Made by a program: the position numbers and the translations under genes | The notes under the pieces: model-generated | What the model was told of the DNA's origin: nothing | Database searches by the model: none | The model's input: only the letters and a program-made list of their open reading frames with translations | In this document: positions 25,325 through 32,000 of the stretch, piece after piece | How positions within the stretch are numbered: position 1 is the stretch's first letter | Layout: every line of letters starts with the position of its first letter | Origin: an uncultured archaeon | GTDB taxonomy: Archaea > Asgardarchaeota > Thorarchaeia > Thorarchaeales > Thorarchaeaceae | DNA: 32,000 bases | Direction of reading: 5' to 3' | Assembly: GCA_964354495.1 (NCBI GenBank) | Contig: CAYHAA010000001.1 | Location: 646,936 to 678,935, forward strand

Positions 25325-28159
25325 CTACCAACGGAAGCGGCACATCTTGATCTCTCTTGCACCGAATGCGAGTGTTATGCTGTGAGCTGAGACAGAGAGT
25401 TCGCTGATGACAGCGCCGTCCACTCTCACCTCCGATGCTGCCCTAATATGCTCTGCTAGTTTCACATCTGTTTTGGCGTCTCTGTTCTCAAGGTTATAGA
25501 GTGTCACCAGAATGGAGTCACCGAGCATTCTCATAGAGGATATCCTCACCGCAGGATTGCTGAGTTGCGCAATGGGGTGGAACAGACCATGCGGAGGCTT
25601 GGCGCGATCTAGCGCGATTACTACTGGCTGGCTCTGAAACACGTCTGCATGCTCTGCGCTAGTGGCCAATGGATCTTCCCGTGAGTGTACAAGAAATCCA
25701 TAGTGAAACTCATACTCCTTGTTCATCTCTTGAGCACCCGGAGTCTCTTCCGCTGGGCCTGCATGCATAGGTCTCTCGAGGAAGTCAGAACGCGAGAGCC
25801 AACCGACGCAACGAAGAAGTGTCACCGCTATACGATGACCATCAGCGAGCTCCACTTCTGGAAGTCCTCTATTGAGGACAGTCACTGCATCTTTGCCTCT
25901 CTCATCTTCAATCCGTATGAATCCCTTCTGAGGCTGGACGCCAGATGGTTTCTCTGGATACTGTGTTCTGGTTCTGTCCAGTTCGCTGGCATTTGGTACT
26001 GGTTCTGCCATCGCTGATCGTTTCACATAGCCAAAATGAGTCGCAGTCAAAGTAGTGTCTGATTCGAACGGAAGGTCAAAACATATTCTGAGTCGATGGT
26101 CCTTCGCAGTGTTCGTGAGCCTGGTAGTCACCTCAATCCTCGGAGTATCTCGATAGAACCTGAACACGGAGATAACGGGGATCTCGGCCCTTCCAGTCCT
26201 CTTCTCCCTAGAGGAATCGACCGAGCCATAGACATCTAGTGTTAGCGTTTGTCGAATCTCCGCCACTATGGGCCCCGTGCTGACCGCAGTTCGCTTGACA
26301 CTTTTGACCTGCGCTTTTTCTGGTTCAACATTCCCGAAGGAATATTCGTCGCCGCGATCGCCGTAGTCCTCGAACACATGCAGCTTCTGATACTGTATTC
26401 CGCTGCTCTTATTCGTGAGACTGATGCTTCCGTCTTTGTTAAAGGATACTGAATAAAACTTGTTTTCGACATAGTTCTCGCGGACCTCAAGCTTGCCTTC
26501 GGATACAATATCAGCGTGCTCTCCGACTGGCACGAGCTTAGAGAATGCCCATGGTCTTAATGGTATGACCGCAGCATATACACTCTGAGTCGGGCGAGCA
26601 GCGACAAGGTGAATTCTCTTGTATTTCTTACTCCCTATAATTCTGTCAGCCTCTCTCTTAAGGCTCTCCACGTCGAAGTCGCCAACAGGATGCCTATCCG
26701 CAATGAACCTCAGCTCCAGCTGACCTGGCTCATCTCCCTCAAAATACTCCACGCCATTTATGTAGAAGTCCATCAACTTCCTTCCTGGGAGTAGTCTCAT
26801 GCCCATCTTAGCCGTAGTCATGCCGATTGTCGTATCCATGAAGACGTCCTCTCTGGATTTGAGGAGCTGAACATCGTATGTTCTCCCATCGTCTGTACGG
26901 AGCCCTTTCACGGCCTCCTCTCTTGGGCCAGCGAATTCAACGTAGACTGGTGTTGAGGAGCTGCCACCTGCATTATAAACAACAACAGCTGATTCATTTG
27001 ATTGCGCAGCAATCTTGTGAATGCTCTTCTCTGCGTCTGCCAACGCGCCTTCACAGATTGACTCTGCCCACGAGAATCGAGTCTTCATCTCTTCATGCGT
27101 CTGATCCACTGAGCAGCCACATATCGAGTCATGAGGCTGATTGCGGAGCAGCCATTTCCAGGATGTCTTCAGGAAGCCGCTGGGATATTGAAGTCCCATA
27201 GTAGAAGACAAGTACGCCCAAATTGGCTCAGTTCTCCGCGTCAGCAGGTCCTCGATTCTCTGGTTCGACTGCTTGATCCATACTCGAACTGAATACGTGT
27301 TTTGTAGAAGATGCGCTCTCGATGGAGATCTGAATTCGCCGGCATATACTGGACGATTGTAACCGTACTCTGCAATTGCGCAATCCAGTTTCTCAACATA
27401 GTGCTTCAGAGTAGATACGGAGACATCACACTCTTCCTTCGTCATTCTTCCTGCGTATTCCTTCGCAAAGGGCTGTGGAAAACGATGGTCCGACCCATTC
27501 ATGAGAAGGTAGACAGGCACCGGAGAGAATGGCTCCAGTTCAGCTGTCTTCTCATCGACAACTCTCACGAACTCCTCATAGTCCGCTGGAAGCATAGATG
27601 CGTTACCATAGCCAAATGGGAGATAGATTCCATTGACTGAGGTGTCTGAGCTCTCGTGAGACTTCCATACGAACGGGACAGTCATGATGCCTGGAGGAAC
27701 ACCACGCCATAGTACAACGGTCTTGAGATTTGTTAGATCACCAAGTAGTTGTGGTATTCCGCTCGAGTGCCCAAACTGGTCGGGCAAGTAGGCAATATCC
27801 ATTAGAGGTATATCAAGGTCTGCCGCCAATTCACGACTATACTCGAGGTTGCGAATGAGACTCTCTCCTCCAACCAGCCATTCATCGGGAAGAAGATACC
27901 ATGGCCCAACTGCTATCTTGCCCTCGCGAATTCGCTGCAGCAGCTCCTGAGCTCTCTCAGGGCGTATTTCCAGGTAATCCTCGAGGACGACTGTCTGCCC
28001 ATCCAACATGAACACATAGTCCTGGTCCTGCAATATCCTGAGAAGCTCATCAACGAGCTGAACGAGCATGTATCGAAATCTCTGGAATGGAAGGTACCAC
28101 TCTCTATCCCAATGGGTGTGTGGTACAATGATGACTTTCTTGGCAACCATCTGTATCAC
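25325..28159 (-). CDS. Glycoside hydrolase family 38 alpha-mannosidase (MngB-like)
   Basis: HTHWDREWY (Zn ligands), LDGQ, GPWYLLPDEWL, YLPDQFGH (nucleophile Asp), NGSDH, QPHDSICGCS and a C-terminal TLLRCVGWLSR. Confidence 0.93.
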   Translation of the reverse strand: MIQMVAKKVIIVPHTHWDREWYLPFQRFRYMLVQLVDELLRILQDQDYVFMLDGQTVVLEDYLEIRPERAQELLQRIREGKIAVGPWYLLPDEWLVGGESLIRNLEYSRELAADLDIPLMDIAYLPDQFGHSSGIPQLLGDLTNLKTVVLWRGVPPGIMTVPFVWKSHESSDTSVNGIYLPFGYGNASMLPADYEEFVRVVDEKTAELEPFSPVPVYLLMNGSDHRFPQPFAKEYAGRMTKEECDVSVSTLKHYVEKLDCAIAEYGYNRPVYAGEFRSPSRAHLLQNTYSVRVWIKQSNQRIEDLLTRRTEPIWAYLSSTMGLQYPSGFLKTSWKWLLRNQPHDSICGCSVDQTHEEMKTRFSWAESICEGALADAEKSIHKIAAQSNESAVVVYNAGGSSSTPVYVEFAGPREEAVKGLRTDDGRTYDVQLLKSREDVFMDTTIGMTTAKMGMRLLPGRKLMDFYINGVEYFEGDEPGQLELRFIADRHPVGDFDVESLKREADRIIGSKKYKRIHLVAARPTQSVYAAVIPLRPWAFSKLVPVGEHADIVSEGKLEVRENYVENKFYSVSFNKDGSISLTNKSSGIQYQKLHVFEDYGDRGDEYSFGNVEPEKAQVKSVKRTAVSTGPIVAEIRQTLTLDVYGSVDSSREKRTGRAEIPVISVFRFYRDTPRIEVTTRLTNTAKDHRLRICFDLPFESDTTLTATHFGYVKRSAMAEPVPNASELDRTRTQYPEKPSGVQPQKGFIRIEDERGKDAVTVLNRGLPEVELADGHRIAVTLLRCVGWLSRSDFLERPMHAGPAEETPGAQEMNKEYEFHYGFLVHSREDPLATSAEHADVFQSQPVVIALDRAKPPHGLFHPIAQLSNPAVRISSMRMLGDSILVTLYNLENRDAKTDVKLAEHIRAASEVRVDGAVISELSVSAHSITLAFGAREIKMCRFRW

Positions 28160-28258
28160 TCAGCACATCAGATCAATTCCCTCTACAGAAGAACCATGTC
28201 CAATAAACATGTTGCGAGAAACCCAGCTAGGCACCTCCGGGGTCAGCCAAGTTCTTGC

Positions 28259-28816
28259 TCACACCGCGGCTTCTTCGCTAATCTCCATGGCTAGGCTCTT
28301 GAATGATTCATCGATATTCTCTCCTGTGCTCAACTTGACGAAGAACACTGGGACCGACAGCGTCTTGGCGATCTCACGCAATGCATCTGTCTGACCCCTC
28401 AGAAGCCTACTTGAGCGGTCGACTATCATGATTGTAGGCAGTGGATGCCCCACATGGATGTTCAAGGAGTCCAGAAAGTTCGATAGTTCAGAAGGCAGAT
28501 TGACTCGAGCTGGATCAGCACAGAGTACGATACCTGTGAATCTACGGAAATAGTCCCTTGGTTGAAGAGCGTTATAGAGCTCCCAGACCCAAGCACCATG
28601 AAGCTCCAAGTCAAATTCAAGCGTAAGAATGACGCCATTCCTCATAATAGTAATGTGCTTGACCCACTCGTCTTTTGGCCAAGACCTCTCAAGGGACTTC
28701 TTGGCCAGTTCTCTCGGGTCTGCCAACTTCTTGTTTAGTAGTTTCTCACAGAAACTGAAGCCAAGCTCCTCATCTCCCGCAACTAGTATTCTGTAGGTAT
28801 CAGGTCTCGAGCTCAC
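28259..28816 (-). CDS. Small Ras/Rab-fold protein with degenerate G-boxes (putative pseudo-GTPase)
   Basis: YRILVAGDEELGFS (G1 position), YFRRFTGIVLCAD, PTIMIVDRS (G4 position) and FVKLSTGENIDESFKSLA (G5 region) follow the Rab motif order. GTG at 28816 follows AAGGAGG. Confidence 0.65.
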   Translation of the reverse strand: MSSRPDTYRILVAGDEELGFSFCEKLLNKKLADPRELAKKSLERSWPKDEWVKHITIMRNGVILTLEFDLELHGAWVWELYNALQPRDYFRRFTGIVLCADPARVNLPSELSNFLDSLNIHVGHPLPTIMIVDRSSRLLRGQTDALREIAKTLSVPVFFVKLSTGENIDESFKSLAMEISEEAAV

Positions 28817-28992
28817 ATGGCCGCCTCCTTTAATACTCCGGGATGAAATAGATTCTATGTTTCTATTAATCACAACATATGCAGAAAAACGATTCGTTGG
28901 TCAACAGTATACGTCAGAGTTTCATAGGTGCGTAGTATTACAGACCGCAATCGTTACATGTGGAATTGAGAATGATGCAACAGGGATATCCT

Positions 28993-30375
28993 ATGGCCTA
29001 TCACAGCACTCCACTGAAATACGGCGATCAAGAGATTGATGACTTCATTCCTAAGAAGATCAAGGATGTGAAGGTCCTTCGCATCGACCAATACACTCCT
29101 GACTTCACGGACCTGAAGAAGAAGCTTAAGCAAGTACTCGATTCACCACTGGGTACAAAGCCCTTCAATGAGCTGGTGAAGAGTATCTACTCCAAGGGCA
29201 AGCGGATTCTCTTCATGGTAGATGATAAGACCAGGCCAAACCTGCATACCAAGATACTTCTGCCACTCATAGCTGACCGACTGCTGAAGATTGGTGTGAG
29301 AAAAGAGGATATTGGCATCATCATCTCAAGTGGTTCACATACTCCTGCCAGTCCTAAGGAAGTAGAGGATAGAATCCTGGGCTCAGCTCTCTACAAGGTC
29401 TGGAAGGACAATGTGCTTGCTCATGACTGTGATAGCGGAAACGAGCATGTCGGAGTAACTTCCAGAGGTACGCCGATTCTCATAGATAAGAAGGTTCTAG
29501 ACTCGAGTCTGTTGATTCCCCTCTCAGATAGCGAGTATCATTACTTCGCTGGACAAGCGGGAACGGTCAAGCTCTTCTGTCCCGGCGTTGCAGGGCGTGA
29601 AACCATCAGGGTCAACCATCCACGAATGTTCGATTTAGAGAAGGGGTTTGTTGATGGCTGCCGACTGGGCAACTGCGAAGGAAATCCGGTCATAGAAGAC
29701 ATGATCGAAATAACAACAAAGATGATGGAGCGAATCCCTATCTTCTGTGTCGATGTCATAGTCAATCACGATGAGATGGTGTATCTTCAGGCCGGAAACA
29801 TAATTGAGTGCCACAAGGCTGCTAGAGAGCCTTTGCGTGAGCTCAGAGTCATCGATGTTGATAAGCCCGGCGACATCGTATTCGTGTCTGTTGGGGAGCT
29901 GGGAGTGAATCTCTACCAAGCCGGCAAAGGAGTCCATGCAGCATGGAATGCAGTGCGTCATGATCGTAAGGGGTGGATTGTCCTCTTAGCTCCTTGTGCT
30001 GACGGAATCGGAAGCGCACCGTATGCTGATGCGATGCAGTCTGCCAAGGATCTCGAAGTCAGGGATGCTCTCCGGTACGTTATTGAGAAGTACTGTTCGG
30101 AGAAGACTTTCAAGATTGGGAATCAAAAGCCACCTGACCTATTTCGTATCCTACTCGATGTGGCAGAAGGAAACATCAAGGTTGTGAGTGGATTAGATTC
30201 AACCGAGCTCCGCGATGTGTATCGCATGGAAGGATGCAGACCTAATAGCCCTGATGACGTACAGGGGATTCTGCGAGAGCTCATGGATAGATTCCTAAAG
30301 GAACATCCTAATCCCAGAGTGTATGTGCTTGATGACCCAGGTCTCCTAATCAATGTCAAGTCGCAAATTCATTAG
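28993..30375 (+). CDS. larA: LarA-family nickel-pincer-dependent racemase/epimerase
   Basis: DDKTRP, SGSH, HYFAGQAGTVKLFCPG (cofactor Lys), VNH and NLYQAGKG match LarA motifs. Substrate unknown. Confidence 0.85.
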   Translation: MAYHSTPLKYGDQEIDDFIPKKIKDVKVLRIDQYTPDFTDLKKKLKQVLDSPLGTKPFNELVKSIYSKGKRILFMVDDKTRPNLHTKILLPLIADRLLKIGVRKEDIGIIISSGSHTPASPKEVEDRILGSALYKVWKDNVLAHDCDSGNEHVGVTSRGTPILIDKKVLDSSLLIPLSDSEYHYFAGQAGTVKLFCPGVAGRETIRVNHPRMFDLEKGFVDGCRLGNCEGNPVIEDMIEITTKMMERIPIFCVDVIVNHDEMVYLQAGNIIECHKAAREPLRELRVIDVDKPGDIVFVSVGELGVNLYQAGKGVHAAWNAVRHDRKGWIVLLAPCADGIGSAPYADAMQSAKDLEVRDALRYVIEKYCSEKTFKIGNQKPPDLFRILLDVAEGNIKVVSGLDSTELRDVYRMEGCRPNSPDDVQGILRELMDRFLKEHPNPRVYVLDDPGLLINVKSQIH

Positions 30376-30442
30376 TCAGTCATATTTCTGGGAGTACTGG
30401 TATTCATACCAGACTCTCATGACATGTCAATTCAAGAAGAAG

Positions 30443-30515
30443 GACCAGCTAACCCTTGCGGGGCTGTCTTGCACCGGCCACAACTTTACGCCTGTGCGTT
30501 CATCCACCGCTGGTC
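30443..30515 (-). ncRNA. Putative structured RNA element (SECIS/K-turn-like) 3' of cysS
   Basis: Closing stem GACCAGC/GCTGGTC; inner ATGA...GA core flanking GCAC-A-GGC/GCC-G-GTGC; apical loop containing AAA; side hairpin with a GCAA tetraloop. Folded by hand only. Confidence 0.4.
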
Positions 30516-30531
30516 TGATACTGTTTCTACC

Positions 30532-31968
30532 TTAGCGGAACTTCCAGGTCGGACCGTCCTTAGTATCCGCAATAACGATTCCGAGCTCACCAAGACGGTC
30601 TCGAATCTGGTCAGCTGCTGCAAAGTCCTTTGATTTTCGAGCCTGCTCTCTGAGTCCAAGTAAAAACTCCACAACGCCATTGAGGATTCTCTCAGACGCG
30701 CCAGATTCGTCCGCTGTGCTGCTTGCTTGCAGGTCGATTCCGAGAATTCCCACGAGTTCAGACAGAATTGCCAGAGCCTCTCTCAGGACGGCTGCTCCTC
30801 CTACATTCTTTGAATGAGTGTTGATCTCACGGATGAACGTGAAGATCTCGGCAAGAGCTCCTGGGGTATTGAAGTCGTCATTCATGGCGGATTCGAAGCC
30901 CTCTCTCACCTTCTTTGATGCCTCTGCGAGTCTCTTGTCTGCCTCCGACTCGCGGCTTCCTGTTCGTTCCAGAATGGAGATGCGGCCCTTTATTGCGTCG
31001 ACAGCATTCTTCATTCTATCAAGCGACTGGATAGCCTGTTTCAAGGCGCCATCATTGTAGTCAAGTGGTTGCCCATATTGACCCGAAACTAGGTAGAGTC
31101 GAACAGCCTGGTGGTCGTAGTTGTCAAGCACCTCTCTGGCAGTGAAGAAATTGTGTTCTGACTTTGACATCTTCTCGTTGTTGATGGTCAAGAATCCGTT
31201 GTGAAGCCAGTACTTGACTGGAGTATCTATCCCATAGGCTACAGAAGACTGAGCAATCTCGTTCTCATGATGAGGAAAGATTAGGTCCTGTCCGCCTCCA
31301 TGAATATCAAAGGGTAGCCCTAGGTAGTGCTTCCCCATGACTGAGCATTCTGCATGCCATCCTGGTCTTCCTTTTCCCCAGGGACTCTGCCAGGAGGGTT
31401 CTCCGGGTTTCTCCGCCTTCCAGAGAGCGAAATCACGGGGGTCCTGCTTCTTGTCGTCCTCCTCGATTCTCGCCACTGCTGATTCGTCGGTGAGGTCTAG
31501 CTTTGAGAGAGTTCCATACTTCTTCCATTTGCTGATATCAAAGTATACGTCACCATCGACAACGTACGCCTTGCGATTCTTTATGATCAGGCCGACCATC
31601 TCGATGATATCATCAATGTGTTCCGTTGCACGAGGATTGACAGATGCTGGTTTCAGGTTCAATTGCTGGGCTATGACTCTGTACTCAGTGATGAATTTCG
31701 CTGCAAGATTTGCAACAGCAACTCCTTCTTCCTTTGCACGGTTGATCATCTTGTCATCGATATCAGTAAAGTTTGTGATGAATCGCACATGATAGCCTAA
31801 GTACTCTAGATACCTCCGAATCGTATCAAAGACTGCGAAGGACCTTGCATTACCGATGTGTGGGTAATCATAGACAGTCGGACCACAGACATACATACGC
31901 ACATTATTTCCATTAAGTGGGACGAATTCTTCCTTTTGCTTGGTCAGCGTATTGTACACTCTTAGCAT
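30532..31968 (-). CDS. cysS: Cysteine--tRNA ligase (class I CysRS)
   Basis: MYVCGPTVY, HIGN, DFALWK, GRPGWHAEC, DIHGGGQDL.FPHHENEIAQ, KMSKS, MNDDFNTP and ADQIRDRL..LGI. An alternative GTG start lies at 31974. Confidence 0.98.
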   Translation of the reverse strand: MLRVYNTLTKQKEEFVPLNGNNVRMYVCGPTVYDYPHIGNARSFAVFDTIRRYLEYLGYHVRFITNFTDIDDKMINRAKEEGVAVANLAAKFITEYRVIAQQLNLKPASVNPRATEHIDDIIEMVGLIIKNRKAYVVDGDVYFDISKWKKYGTLSKLDLTDESAVARIEEDDKKQDPRDFALWKAEKPGEPSWQSPWGKGRPGWHAECSVMGKHYLGLPFDIHGGGQDLIFPHHENEIAQSSVAYGIDTPVKYWLHNGFLTINNEKMSKSEHNFFTAREVLDNYDHQAVRLYLVSGQYGQPLDYNDGALKQAIQSLDRMKNAVDAIKGRISILERTGSRESEADKRLAEASKKVREGFESAMNDDFNTPGALAEIFTFIREINTHSKNVGGAAVLREALAILSELVGILGIDLQASSTADESGASERILNGVVEFLLGLREQARKSKDFAAADQIRDRLGELGIVIADTKDGPTWKFR

Positions 31969-32000
31969 GGTCACTACCCAACAACTCCTTGAGGTTATTC

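Noticed and set aside
28160-28261. UGA stop of the GTPase-like gene as possible selenocysteine readthrough
   Set aside because: The downstream frame shows no recognisable continuation, the domain is already complete, and the SECIS-like element lies upstream of this gene rather than 3' of it.
955-31800. Numerous 60-150-aa ORFs antisense to or nested in the long genes
   Set aside because: Shadow ORFs with no motifs, fully overlapping well-supported CDSs.

Overview
Archaeal genomic window. An Asgard (Thorarchaeia-like) origin is inferred from gene content: archaeal TFBs, a FEN1 with an archaeal PIP box, a Rab-like fold protein, a 24-aa LRR protein and GGAGG/GGTGA ribosome-binding sites. From left to right: (1) a tightly packed + strand operon with the 3' end of a Hel308/Ski2-like helicase, two unknown membrane proteins, two RecA/RadB-family paralogues (one with a dead Walker A) and a divergent FEN1; (2) two large paralogous minus-strand proteins carrying tandem wHTH/Lrp-like modules, which bracket a + strand region encoding a HEAT-like protein, a membrane metallopeptidase-like protein lacking HExxH, a 61-aa coupled ORF and a ~2600-aa membrane-anchored surface protein (alpha/alpha-toroid head, Ig stalk); (3) a 40-aa ORF missed by the ORF track, carrying two identical TPTDKPPEPW units that differ only at synonymous sites; (4) two tandem TFB paralogues; (5) an LRR protein; (6) a GPH-type MFS transporter, a GH38 alpha-mannosidase, a degenerate small-GTPase-fold protein and a LarA-family racemase/epimerase; (7) cysS, followed by a SECIS/K-turn-like structured element. 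I found no rRNA, tRNA, CRISPR array or transposase. All family assignments come from motif recognition by eye, not from database searches.
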